A stretch of 63,721 bases of DNA, filler included, from Nemertoderma westbladi (lineage: Eukaryota > Animalia > Xenacoelomorpha), in the NCBI GenBank assembly GCA_032718475.1. It is 3 parts of 3 records of this genome, joined end to end, with 100 filler letters (N's around TTAATTAATTAA, not from the genome) between each part and the next. Parts side by side here need not be neighbours in the genome. Positions count along the whole stretch, not along the records: positions 31,949 to 59,762 come from JAUCBJ010003129.1; positions 59,863 to 63,721 come from JAUCBJ010003454.1; 1 more part is not named here. One strand, written 5' to 3'. Positions 50,751-63,721 of the stretch are shown here, piece by piece. The stretch's first letter is position 1. Each line of letters opens with the position of its first letter. The translations under genes and the position numbers were made by a program. The notes under the pieces are model-generated. The model was not told the origin of the DNA. It was given only the letters and a program-made list of their open reading frames with translations, and did not search any database.

Positions 50751-53700
50751 CTAACGTAGTAATAACAATATATTCAACCTAACGTAGTAATAACAATATA
50801 TTCAACCTAACGTAGTAATAACAATATATTCAACCAAACGTATTAATATCAATATATTCAACCTAACGTATTAATAACAATATATTCAACCTAACGTAGT
50901 AATAACAATATATTCAACCTAACGTATTCATAACAATATATTCAACCTAACGTATTAATAACAATATATTCAACCTAACGTATTCATAACAATATATTCA
51001 ACCTAACGTATTAATAACAATATATTCAACCTAACGTAGTAATAACAATATATTCAACCTAACGTATTAATAACAATATATTCAACCTAACGTATTAATA
51101 ACAATATATTCAACCTAACGTAGTAATAACAATATATTCAACCTAACGTATTAATAACAATATATTCAACCTAACGTAGTAATAACAATATATTCAACCT
51201 AACGTATTAATAACAATATATTCAACCTAACGTAGTAATAACAATATATTCAACCTAACGTATTAATAACAATATATTCAACCTAACGTATTCATAACAA
51301 TATATTCAACCTAACGTATTAATAACAATATATTCAACCTAACGTAGTAATATCAATATATTCAACCTAACGTATTAATAACAATATATTCAACCTAACG
51401 TAGTAATATCAATATATTCAACCTAACGTATTAATATCAATATATTCAACCTAACGTAGTAATATCAATATATTCAACCTAACGTATTAATATCAATATA
51501 TTCAACCTAACGTATTCATAACAATATATTCAACCTAACGTATTAATAACAATATATTCAACCTAACGTATTAATAACAATATATTCAACCTAACGTATT
51601 AATAACAATATATTCAACCTAACATATTAATAACAATATATTCAACCTAACGTATTAATAACAATATATTCAACCTAACGTATTAATAACAATATATTCA
51701 ACCTAACGTAGTAATAACAATATATTCAACCTAACGTATTAATAACAATATATTCAACCTAACATATTAATAACAATATATTCAACCTAACGTAGTAATA
51801 TCAATATATTCAACCTAACGTATTAATATCAATATATTCAACCTAACGTATTAATAACAATATATTCAACCTAACGTATTAATAACAATATATTCAACCT
51901 AACGTATTAATATCAATATATTCAACCTAACGTATTAATAACAATATATTCAACCTAACGTAGTAATAACAATATATTCAACCTAACGTATTAATAACAA
52001 TATATTCAACCTAACGTATTAATAACAATATATTCAACCTAACGTAGTAATAACAATATATTCAACCTAACGTATTAATAACAATATATTCAACCTAACG
52101 TATTAATAACAATATATTCAACCTAACGTATTAATAACAATATATTCAACCTAACGTATTAATAACAATATATTCAACCTAACATATTAATAACAATATA
52201 TTCAACCTAACGTATTAATAACAATATATTCAACCTAACGTATTAATAACAATATATTCAACCTAACGTATTAATAACAATATATTCAACCTAACGTATT
52301 AATAACAATATATTCAACCTAACGTATTAATAACAATATATTCAACCTAACGTAGTAATAACAATATATTCAACCTAACGTATTAATAACAATATATTCA
52401 ACCTAACGTAGTAATATCAATATATTCAACCTAACGTATTAATATCAATATATTCAACCTAACGTATTAATAACAATATATTCAACCTAACGTATTAATA
52501 ACAATATATTCAACCTAACGTATTAATAACAATATATTCAACCTAACGTATTAATATCAATATATTCAACCTAACGTATTAATATCAATATATTCAACCT
52601 AACGTAGTAATATCAATATATTCAACCTAACGTATTAATATCAATATATTCAACCTAACATATTAATAACAATATATTCAACCTAACGTATTAATAACAA
52701 TATATTCAACCTAACGTAGTAATATCAATATATTCAACCTAACGTATTAATATCAATATATTCAACCTAACGTATTAATAACAATATATTCAACCTAACG
52801 TATTAATAACAATATATTCAACCTAACGTATTAATAACAATATATTCAACCTAACGTAGTAATAACAATATATTCAACCTAACGTATTAATAACAATATA
52901 TTCAACCTAACATATTAATAACAATATATTCAACCTAACGTAGTAATAACAATATATTCAACCTAACGTAGTAATAACAATATATTCAACCTAACGTAGT
53001 AATAACAATATATTCAACCTAACGTAGTAATAACAATATATTCAACCAAACGTAGTAATAACAACATATTCAACCTAACGTAGTAATAACAATATATTCA
53101 ACCTAACGTAGTAATAACAATATATTCAACCTAACGTAGTAATAACAATATATTCAACCTAACGTAGTAATAACAATATATTCAACCTAACATATTAATA
53201 ACAATATATTCAACCTAACGTATTAATAACAATATATTCAACCTAACATATTAATAACAATATATTCAACCTAACGTAGTAATAACAATATATTCAACCT
53301 AACGTAGTAATAACAATATATTCAACCTAACGTAGTAATAACAATATATTCAACCTAACGTATTAATAACAATATATTCAACCTAACATATTAATAACAA
53401 TATATTCAACCTAACATATTAATAACAATATATTCAACCTAACGTAGTAATAACAATATATTCAACCTAACGTAGTAATAACAATATATTCAACCTAACG
53501 TATTAATAACAATATATTCAACCTAACGTATTAATAACAATATATTCAACCTAACGTATTAATAACAATATATTCAACCTAACGTAGTAATAACAATATA
53601 TTCAACCTAACGTAGTAATAACAATATATTCAACCTAACGTAGTAATAACAATATATTCAACCTAACGTAGTAATAACAATATATTCAACCTAACGTAGT

Positions 53701-55922
53701 AATAACAATATATTCAACCTAACGTATTAATAACAATATATTCAACCTAACGTATTAATAACAATATATTCAACCTAACGTATTAATAACAATATATTCA
53801 ACCTAACGTATTAATAACAATATATTCAACCTAACATATTAATAACAATATATTCAACCTAACGTATTAATAACAATATATTCAACCTAACGTAGTAATA
53901 TCAATATATTCAACCTAACGTATTAATATCAATATATTCAACCTAACGTATTAATATCAATATATTCAACCTAACGTATTAATAACAATATATTCAACCT
54001 AACGTATTAATAACAATATATTCAACCTAACGTATTAATAACAATATATTCAACCTAACGTAGTAATAACAATATATTCAACCTAACGTATTAATAACAA
54101 TATATTCAACCTAACATATTAATAACAATATATTCAACCTAACGTAGTAATAACAATATATTCAACCTAACGTAGTAATAACAATATATTCAACCTAACA
54201 TATTAATAACAATATATTCAACCTAACATATTAATAACAATATATTCAACCTAACGTAGTAATAACAATATAATCAACCTAACGTAGTAATAACAATATA
54301 TTCAACCTAACGTAGTAATAACAATATATTCAACCTAACGTAGTAATAACAATATATTCAACCTAACGTAGTAATAACAATATATTCAACCTAACGTAGT
54401 AATAACAATATATTCAACCTAACATATTAATAACAATATATTCAACCTAACGTATTAATAACAATATATTCAACCTAACGTAGTAATAACAATATATTCA
54501 ACCTAACATATTAATAACAATATATTCAACCTAACGTATTAATAACAATATATTCAACCTAACGTATTAATAACAATATATTCAACCTAACGTATTAATA
54601 ACAATATATTCAACCTAACGTATTAATAACAATATATTCAACCTAACGTATTAATAACAATATATTCAACCTAACGTATTAATAACAATATATTCAACCT
54701 AACGTAGTAATAACAATATATTCAACCTAACGTAGTAATAACAATATATTCAACCTAACGTAGTAATAACAATATATTCAACCTAACGTAGTAATAACAA
54801 TATATTCAACCTAACGTAGTAATAACAATATATTCAACCTAACATATTAATAACAATATATTCAACCTAACGTATTAATAACAATATATTCAACCTAACG
54901 TAGTAATAACAATATATTCAACCTAACGTAGTAATAACAATATATTCAACCTAACGTAGTAATAACAATATATTCAACCTAACGTATTAATAACAATATA
55001 TTCAACCTAACGTATTAATATCAATATATTCAACCTAACGTATTAATAACAATATATTCAACCTAACGTATTAATAACAATATATTCAACCTAACGTATT
55101 AATAACAATATATTCAACCTAACGTATTAATAACAATATATTCAACCTAACGTAGTAATAACAATATATTCAACCTAACGTATTAATAACAATATATTCA
55201 ACCTAACGTAGTAATAACAATATATTCAACCTAACGTATTAATAACAATATATTCAACCTAACGTATTAATAACAATATATTCAACCTAACGTAGTAATA
55301 ACAATATATTCAACCTAACGTATTAATAACAATATATTCAACCTAACGTATTCATAACAATATATTCAACCTAACGTATTAATAACAATATATTCAACCT
55401 AACGTATTCATAACAATATATTCAACCTAACGTATTAATAACAATATATTCAACCTAACGTATTAATAACAATATATTCAACCTAACGTAGTAATAACAA
55501 TATATTCAACCTAACGTATTAATAACAATATATTCAACCTAACGTATTCATAACAATATATTCAACCTAACGTATTAATAACAATATATTCAACCTAACG
55601 TATTCATAACAATATATTCAACCTAACGTATTAATAACAATATATTCAACCTAACGTATTAATAACAATATATTCAACCTAACGTATTAATAACAATATA
55701 TTCAACCTAACGTATTCATAACAATATATTCAACCTAACGTATTAATAACAATATATTCAACCTAACGTATTAATAACAATATATTCAACCTAACGTATT
55801 AATAACAATATATTCAACCTAACGTATTAATAACAATATATTCAACCTAACGTATTAATAACAATATATTCAACCTAACGTATTAATAACAATATATTCA
55901 ACCTAACGTAGTAATAACAATA
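50743..55922 (-). repeat. 28-bp acceptor-spanning satellite (~185 copies, 5.2 kb)
   Basis: Unit tattgttatta(c/a)tacgttag|GTTGAATA equals the 3' splice site plus the first 8 nt of the VEYDMD exon. Confidence 0.95.
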
Positions 55923-56133
55923 TAATATACTGACTTATAACATTAGCGTTCAAACATTTATCAAGACAACGACGACAAAAGACGGGTCCACTAATTATAT
56001 CTTTGTAAAATTAAAGCAAATACATACTTCCTATTAATGCTACAATATGAATAGTGCGGATGTCGTTTAATATTTCATTAGATATTTGAAGTAATTTAAT
56101 TAGCCACCATGGACATTATTTGACATATTACAC

Positions 56134-59064
56134 CGCCCATGTGAAGTTTCCCAGGATTCTCTTTCACAGCGAAAAAAAAAAACACATCGAAACGGAATTT
56201 GGCCCATTCACTATCATTAGGCAACTTTCGCATTTTCGACCATCTTCCCAAACAGTCTGGGAAACTTCACATGGGGGTATTTTGGTATTCACGTGCTGCG
56301 CGAAGTCCTCTTTTTTTGAGAGGGATGGTCTGTTGATCAGTCGGTCGTCGGTGAGTGAGAAGGTGGGCGGGTGGGTGGGTGGGAAGGGAAGGTGGATGGG
56401 AATGTGGGAAGATGGGATGTGGGAAGATGGATGGAAATGTGGAAAGATGGGAATGCGGGAAGGTGGATGGGAATATGGGAAGGTGGGTGGGAATGTAGGA
56501 AGATGGGAATGTAGGAGAATGGGAATGTGGGAAGGTGGGTGGGGATGTGGGAAGGTGGATGAGAATGTGGGAAGATGGGAAGGTGGATGGGAATGTGGGA
56601 AGGTGGGTGGGAATGTAGGAAGATGGGAATGTGGGAAGATGTGAATATGGGAAGATGGGAATGTGGGAATGTGGGAAGGTGGATGGGAATGTAGGAAGAT
56701 GGGAATGTGGGAAGGTGGATGGGAATGTGGGAAGATGGGATGGTGGATGGGAATGTGAGTGGGAATGATGAAGATGGGAATGTGGGAAGATGGGAATGGG
56801 GAATGTAGGAAGATGGGAATGTAGGAAAATGGGGATGTCGGAAGGTGGATGGGAATATAGGAATATGGGAAAGTGGGAAGTTGTATGGGAATATGGGAAG
56901 GTGGATCGGAATGTAGGAAGATGGGAATGTGGATGGGAATGAGGAAGATGGGAATGTGGGAAGATGGGAATGTGGAAAATGGGAATATGGGAAGTTGGAT
57001 GGGAATGTAGGAAGATTGGAATGTGGGAAGATGGATGGGAATGTGAGAAGGTGGGTGGGAATGAGGAAGATGGGAATGTGGGAAGGTGGATGGGAATGTA
57101 GGAAGATTGGAATGTGGGAAGATGGATGGGAATGTGAGAAGGTGGGTGGGAATGAGGAAGATGGGAATGTGGGAAGATGGGAATGTGGAAAATATAAATA
57201 TAGGAAGGTGGATGGGAATGTAGGAAGATGGAAATGTGAGAAGGTGGATGGGATTGTGGGAAGGTGAGAATTTGGGAAGATGGGAAGGTAGATGGCAATG
57301 TAGGAAGGTGGATGGGAATGAGGGAAGATTGGAAGGTGGGCGCGAATGAGGAAGATGGGAATGTCGGAAGATGGGAATGTGGGAAGATGGATGGGAATGT
57401 AAGAAGGTGGGTGGGAATGTGGGAAGATGGATGGGAATGTGAGAAGGTGGGTGGGAATGAGGAAGATGGAAATGTGGGAAGATGGGAATGAGGAAGAAGA
57501 TTGGAATGTGGGAAGATGGATGGGAATGTGAGAAGGTGGGTGGGTATGAGGAAGGTGAGAATGTGGGAAGATGGGAAGGTAGATGGGAATGTAGGAAGGT
57601 GGGAAGGTGGATGGGAATGTGGGAAGATGGTAAGGGGGATAAGAATGTGGGAAGATGGGAATGTGGGTAGGTGGATGGGAATGTAGGATGAGGGAATGTG
57701 GGAAGGTGGATAGGAATGGGGGAAGGTGGCTGTGTGGGAAGATGGTAAGGTTGATGGGAATGTGGGAAGATGTGAATAACAATGTTTATTGTTTGGATAG
57801 AAAAGCCCGCTGCCGTAACCTGCTCCTTTCCCTCAATTGGTAAGTAACAACAACGTTTATTGTTTTGTCTAGAAAAGACCGCCTCTGTAACCTACTCCTT
57901 TCCTTCAATTGGTAGATAACAACACAACAATGTTTAGTGATTTGGTTAGAAATGTCAGCTGCTGTGACTGCTCCTTTCTCTTAATTGGTAGGTAAAAACA
58001 ACGTTTATTGTTTTGTTTAGAAAAGCCGCTTCTGTCACCTATACCTTTCCTTCAATTTGTAGATAACAACGTTTGTTTCGTTTAGAAAAGCCCGCCTCTG
58101 TAACCTGCTCCTTTCCTTCAATTGGTAACAATATCGTTTATTGTTTTGGTTCGAAAAGCCCGCCTCTGTAACCTGCTCCTTTCCTTAATTGGTAACAATA
58201 TCGTTTATTGTTTTGGTTAGAAAAGCCCGCCTCTGTAACCTGCTCCTTTCCCTCAATTGGTAACAACAACAACGTTTATTGTTTTGGTTAGAAAAGCCCG
58301 CCTCTGTAACCTGCTTCTTTCCCTCCATTGGTAGGTAAAAATAACGTCATTCCCATATTTCCACATTCCCATCTTCCTAGATTCCCATCTTCCTACATTC
58401 CCACCCATCTTCCCACATTCCCATCCACCTTCCCATCTTCCTACATTCCCATCTTCTTACATTCCCACCCACCTTCCCACATTCCTACATTCACACCCAT
58501 CTTCCCACATTCCCATCCACCATCCCACATTCCCATCCACTTTCCCGCATTCCCATGCACCTTCCCATCTTCCTACATTCCCACCCACATTCCCATATTC
58601 TTACATTCCCACCCACCTTCCCATCTACCTTCCCACCTTCCTACATTCACACCCATCTTCCCACATTCCCATCTTCCTAGATTCACATCTTCCTACATTC
58701 CCACACATCTTCCCACCTTCCTACATTCCCATCCACCTTCCCGCATTCCCATCTTCCTACATTGAGACCCACCTTCCCATCCATCTTCCCATATTCCTAC
58801 ATTCACACCCATCTTCCCACATTCCCATCCACCTTCCCGATTCCCACCCATCTTCCCACATTCCCATCCACCTTCTCATCGTTCTACATTACCACCCACC
58901 ATCCCACATTCCCATCTTCCTACATTCCCATCTTCCCACAATCCCACCGACCAACCAACCGACCGTCCGTCAGACCAACCGAGCCACCCACCCACCCCTT
59001 TAAACAAATATTGACCCTTTTTATTTCGACTTTCCTGGGCACTCTGGGAAAGGTCACATGGGCC
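56134..59064. mobile_element. Foldback-like element: TIRs, inverted G-rich and C-rich arms, central ~60-bp repeats
   Basis: Ends GCCCATGTGAAGTTTCCCAG / CTGGGAAAGGTCACATGGGCC. GGGAAT-rich arm at 56360-57775, CCCATT-rich arm at 58349-59000, spacer repeats at 57776-58345. Confidence 0.7.
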
Positions 59065-59089
59065 AATTGCACGGATGTTAAACACTTAC

Positions 59090-59226
59090 TTCGTCATCCA
59101 GTTGTATGTCCGTTTTCGCGACGTGTCTGTAGTACTCAACAGGCCGCTCTCCGATCAACGGGAGTTTTATTGGGCTCTCAAGAAGTCGATATTGTGGCTC
59201 CGGCACACGGGACTGCTTGGGATCCC
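59090..59226 (-). CDS. BRPF1: BRPF-family exon (start of EPC-I; gene 5' end lies beyond the contig)
   Basis: Manual translation gives RPVEYYRHVAKTDIQLDDE, which joins VEYDMD in phase 0. Confidence 0.85.
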
Positions 59227-59762
59227 CTAAAAGTACAAGATATTAATCCATAATCATTTATTGACCAGTTACTTTGCCGCAATGACCATAATTGATATAG
59301 TCCATATATATATTTCCTTACATAGGCTACATTAGAGATAAGTGATGACAACAGACACAATATTATTATCAGACATACACGATGCCTCAGTTAAACTGAA
59401 ATATTCAGTTGTTCACACAATGAAAGCGTGACCTTGACTCCAACGAATTAATGGTTAAACCTAATCGTTTAACTACACCTGCATTACTAACCTAAACCTA
59501 ATATGATAAGGCTTATTTGCCCTTATCAGAGACAACTACAACAGTAACTGCTGATCACCTTTAAGATAAATCAACCTGTTGTACTTTTGGATATTCACAT
59601 AGAGCAAAAATTAATATAATTTTAGCACAAAAAGACAATCTGTTTTAGTAGTTTCCCTAATAATATGTCGAGGGATAAGTGGCTGGCGAAGATTTCTCGC
59701 ATGCGAAGTATTACTGCGAACGAGCCGATATAAATATAATTAATATAATTGAAACTGCATCT

Positions 59763-59862
59763 NNNNNNNNNNNNNNNNNNNNNNNNNNNNNNNNNNNNNN
59801 NNNNNNTTAATTAATTAANNNNNNNNNNNNNNNNNNNNNNNNNNNNNNNNNNNNNNNNNNNN
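59763..59862. other. Artificial contig linker N-TTAATTAATTAA-N
   Basis: Same spacer as at 31849. Confidence 0.95.
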
Positions 59863-61014
59863 GGGGGGGGTTAACTAACTTTAAGTTATATTTTTTAAAT
59901 CTTTTTATATTTATTTTGCATAATTAACCTACTAATGCCCTGAGCGTAGGCACCGGTGCTGAAATACATTAGCCGTTGTCACATACAAGCGACACATATG
60001 TTACGTTAAACTATCAACGGAAATATTATTTTAAAGAAAATAATGCATACCGCATTCCTCGAAATAGTAAAAGCTTTTTTCCTCGGCCTTTTAATAAAAT
60101 ATGGTCTCACTATTCCTCGAAAATGCGAATTAAAAAGGCGGACAAGAAAACTTACTTTCTTTTTGTAAAAGAAATTGTTAATATTCAAACAAAATGGATT
60201 TAACAACAGATAACATGACTCAAATGTATTCAACCAGCCACTGTAGGACTAATTAAAAATTATCAATAATAATTAATAGCTATTTACATATTTGTGTTTC
60301 AGTAGCTTTGTAGAGTCTGTTGATACAGTGGTTCGTTGCATGAACGAACGTAGCGAGTGGAGTGAGTAAAATAAAGTCACGAGCACCCGAACACCGGAAA
60401 GTACTTTGTGCAAGAATATACGTAAATAATACGTACCGGTACCTAGTTAGTTGTATTAAAAAATTGTAACATTAAAAAATAATTGGTGCTGAAATATTGA
60501 ATATGAAACTTTTGTTGTTAAGAAAAGTCAAAAGGTCACAATTGGTGGATTTTCTCAAATATTATAGTAGGAATAGAACCATAGCATTATTCATATATTT
60601 CACTGACCGAAGTTATTGCAACTTATAGAGATTGTTGTATCTTCATTGTGACAGCGTGACAACAGAAATCTAAACATTGTTATATTATAATAATTAAACA
60701 AATCTAACTAACTGTTACAATCATTATAAAATTATTTAATTGTCAATATTATTAAATAAATATAACAATGTCCAGGTCCACCTTAATTAATTACCATTGA
60801 CCTCACTAACTAATTAACTAAGCTAATTTATACACCAAAAACGTGATTACAGCGAACTTTCCCTATTTATAACTAAAATATTTGCACTTTGATGACCTTT
60901 TTAACTAACTAAAGCCGCAGTTTCTATTAATTAAGTCTCAGTTAACAATAAAATAAATTAATTCTTAGATCCGCCAGTAGTTGTATAAGGGGTTCACTTG
61001 GAAAGGAACTGTTC

Positions 61015-63721
61015 TTATTCAGAAGGATAAGGAGTTAAGTTCCCCCAGGTCGGCCCGCATTTAACTTTAACAATAAGTTTAACACTGAGTTCTAGAACAT
61101 TTTCCATCTCATTTCTAACTATTTCCGCTAATCTAGACAAAGAATCCTTCCTAACCTCGTAAACTAACTCATCGTGCATATTCAGCACCAACCTAACCAG
61201 ACCGTTAGAACATAAATCCCTAAGGTTGTTATCGATACGAACCATAGCGAGTTTAACTAAGTCTGCCGCACTGCCTTGGACCCTGGTGTTAACCGATTGT
61301 CTCTCGGCGTGGCCCCTAACCGAGGGATTGCTGCTCCGGACGCCCGGAAGGTACCGCCTCCTACCGCAGAGAGTCGATACGAATCCGTTAGCGCGACAGA
61401 CTTCCACCGAGTCCACGATAAACCGATCCATAACCGCGAACCTCCGACGGAACTCGGTAATAAAGGCGGCGGCTTCCGACTGGGTCACCTCGAGTTTACC
61501 GGAGAGAGACGCGGAAGAAATCCCGTAGATAATCCCGTAACAGACGGACTTGGTCTGCTGACGCAACTCCTCGCTCACATCTGACTCCTCGACCCCCTTC
61601 CATCGACGCGCGATCTGTTTAAACACGTCCCTACCGGAGTTCAATACCTCTAGAAGTACCGGGTCCCCGGACAGATGAGCGATAACCCTCAACTCTATCT
61701 GGGAGTAATCAGCAGAGAGTAGAACGCAGTCGCGATGCGCGACGAAACACTGGCGGAGACTCACGCAGACAGACTGGTCTCCCTTCAGTCGTCTAGAACG
61801 GGCAGCCGTAGGGGCAGACTCATCGGGTACGATAGAGAAGTCCCGCAGGACCTGTTGTAGATGCGGGTTGCTACAGACAACGCGACCAGTAGCAGTGCAG
61901 AACGACCAATCAGGACGGACGCGCTCCATGTTCAACAGGTCGTCCATCTGTTTACACCTAATAACCGGTAGAATAATGTTGGTTAAGGCGGAATTAATTC
62001 GTCTCCATTCCAATAGAACCCCCGGGAACGGATGTAAACCAACCAGTTTTTCAACAACTTCCTTAGACGTGCTAAACTCTCGCGGAATTACTTTACTTTT
62101 TATACTTTTTATTTTATTATTCGATCCATTTGAATTACAATTTGTCGGTAAATTTAAATGTAAATAAAGTATTCTAGAAACTTCCATTGGGTTGTTTAAA
62201 TTAATCGGACCGACAAGAGAATAAGCTCGGGATTCTAGCGACGAGAGTTTATCTGTTAGTAAACTTCTCTGGAATTCACATTCGGCTCCGCTGACTCCAA
62301 TACCGGTTCTCTGTAAATCCGCTAGGAGGCGTAGCACTGGAGTCTCCACGTCAATAAATGTCTCGTATAGATTCTCGTCGTGCAACTTTGATGTAAGTTG
62401 GTTCATAAGATGGAAGGACAATACGGATTCTACTGAGGACCTAATTCTACCGGTAGATTGAGTAGATGTTAACCCCAACGACGATGTCGATTTATCTTGA
62501 GGGATCCGAGACTGATGTAGAATGTAGAACATAAGAGGTAGATGGTCGGTGATGAGAGAATGGAAGGTTTTCTCCTTGTCCGAAGGTTCCAACAACCAAC
62601 TCGCCAGTTTCGGATCCAGGCAAGGAGCTTCTATATAAACATCACAATATTCCATTAATATCAATAACTGCTCTTTAAAATCGAATACAATTTTAGAACT
62701 TCCAGAGATTGATAGAACATTTCGAACGGCCTTTAATCGTTCGGGAACTGACACAGGAATCCATTGTGGATCTTCCGGTCTAGAAATAACTCCAACTTGG
62801 TTAGAAACTACAGACTGTCTATTTACAAAGGAAATAAAGTATGAATCCAATGATCCCCAGGAAACAGCCATCCCAACAACCTTAGGTCCAACTTCATCTG
62901 CCTCTTTAGGGGCACAACGTTGACCTATTCGCACTCCCGAAATATTCTTCGGTTTTTCTACAGCTACAGACACAGAGTATAAATCCTTTGATTTCCACTC
63001 CTCAATAAACATGTCAAACAGTTCAGTATTATCAGCGACATCAATAATAGTAAATACTTCATCTGTGTTGACTGTGTTTGCAGTATTTATGTTGATATGA
63101 TTGGATTTTCGCCGTGAACGTGAGTAGGTTGATATCGGTGTCTCCGACAACTTAATTCTGGTAGCAAGGCATTTCAAAGGCGTCATTTTCGTAATTCCAT
63201 CACTAAAATAATTTATACCGGTAGTAGCATTATGTTGTACAGGAGATACAGACCCAGTAGTGAGTTCGGTATTCAAATGGGTTAATGTGTATTTACTGTC
63301 GCTTATATGAGTTTGAGAAATTTTAAAGTGGGAATTATTTTTCAATGACGCATTACAATTAACTTTAGATGATTCCAGACTTCCATTACGAACCGGTAAG
63401 ACATTGAGAGCAGACAATTCGCCTGGTGGTGTTGGTGGTATTAGACTGTCAGAGTCAGAATCAGAGAATGAATCACAAAAATCCTGTGTTTTTGGAGTTT
63501 CGAATAGAAGTTGAACTGAAGGATTTTCATTTTGGGTTTTAGATGAAACAATTTGTGATTTTTGACAGATTCCTGGAGTGGTGTTACGTGCAGAGAATTG
63601 CGAAGGACTGGAAATATCATCGGAGAAGACAGAATGTTTATAGGAAGTCTCACCCAGTTTCGGGGTGATACGGCAACACTGGAGTTTCGATGCTGGACTT
63701 TGGTCCGAAGGACTTTGGCAA
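61015..63721 (-). CDS. POLQ: DNA polymerase theta, C-terminal family-A polymerase region (frame open to the window edge)
   Basis: DPKLASWLLEP, GRIRSSVES, motif A ADYSQIELR, motif B RQQTKSVCYGIIYG, motif C MHDELVYE. I read no stop from 63418 to 63721. Confidence 0.92.
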   Translation of the reverse strand, partial: CQSPSDQSPASKLQCCRITPKLGETSYKHSVFSDDISSPSQFSARNTTPGICQKSQIVSSKTQNENPSVQLLFETPKTQDFCDSFSDSDSDSLIPPTPPGELSALNVLPVRNGSLESSKVNCNASLKNNSHFKISQTHISDSKYTLTHLNTELTTGSVSPVQHNATTGINYFSDGITKMTPLKCLATRIKLSETPISTYSRSRRKSNHININTANTVNTDEVFTIIDVADNTELFDMFIEEWKSKDLYSVSVAVEKPKNISGVRIGQRCAPKEADEVGPKVVGMAVSWGSLDSYFISFVNRQSVVSNQVGVISRPEDPQWIPVSVPERLKAVRNVLSISGSSKIVFDFKEQLLILMEYCDVYIEAPCLDPKLASWLLEPSDKEKTFHSLITDHLPLMFYILHQSRIPQDKSTSSLGLTSTQSTGRIRSSVESVLSFHLMNQLTSKLHDENLYETFIDVETPVLRLLADLQRTGIGVSGAECEFQRSLLTDKLSSLESRAYSLVGPINLNNPMEVSRILYLHLNLPTNCNSNGSNNKIKSIKSKVIPREFSTSKEVVEKLVGLHPFPGVLLEWRRINSALTNIILPVIRCKQMDDLLNMERVRPDWSFCTATGRVVCSNPHLQQVLRDFSIVPDESAPTAARSRRLKGDQSVCVSLRQCFVAHRDCVLLSADYSQIELRVIAHLSGDPVLLEVLNSGRDVFKQIARRWKGVEESDVSEELRQQTKSVCYGIIYGISSASLSGKLEVTQSEAAAFITEFRRRFAVMDRFIVDSVEVCRANGFVSTLCGRRRYLPGVRSSNPSVRGHAERQSVNTRVQGSAADLVKLAMVRIDNNLRDLCSNGLVRLVLNMHDELVYEVRKDSLSRLAEIVRNEMENVLELSVKLIVKVKCGPTWGNLTPYPSE

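Noticed and set aside
50743-55922. Telomeric TTAGG repeat
   Set aside because: TTAGG occurs once per 28-bp unit and is simply the TAG|G acceptor junction.
59863-63721. POLQ as a linked cause of the tandem duplications
   Set aside because: It is on a different contig. Pol theta involvement is conceivable, but its position here is not evidence.

Overview
AT-rich animal (invertebrate-type) genomic DNA, not prokaryotic. It consists of three contigs joined by artificial N-TTAATTAATTAA-N linkers (31849-31948 and 59763-59862), so adjacency across the linkers is not biological. Contig 1 has an unannotated intronless C2H2-finger ORF running off the left edge, a ~1.62-kb tandem macro-repeat, and the 3' eight coding exons of an Eph receptor tyrosine kinase on the - strand (FN3, TM, juxtamembrane, kinase, SAM). 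Contig 2 has eight internal exons of a BRPF1/BRD1-family gene on the - strand, and three nested copies of a secreted 10xLDLa gene sit inside one of its introns. Contig 3 has the intronless C-terminal part of DNA polymerase theta. The most striking signal is that many introns of both host genes are filled by tandem arrays whose unit is the exon/intron junction itself. Donor-spanning units are 25, 36, 39 and 42 bp, acceptor-spanning units are 28 and 49 bp, and copy numbers reach ~185. A 41-bp triplication spans the Eph stop codon. Two arrays carry intact, in-frame 5' splice sites that could multiply the Eph activation-loop tyrosine or a BRPF PHD zinc-ligand segment. The window also contains RTE LINEs with TSDs, TIR elements, transposon excision footprints and a minimal hammerhead-like motif. 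Coordinates and copy numbers were read by eye and are approximate to a few bp or units.
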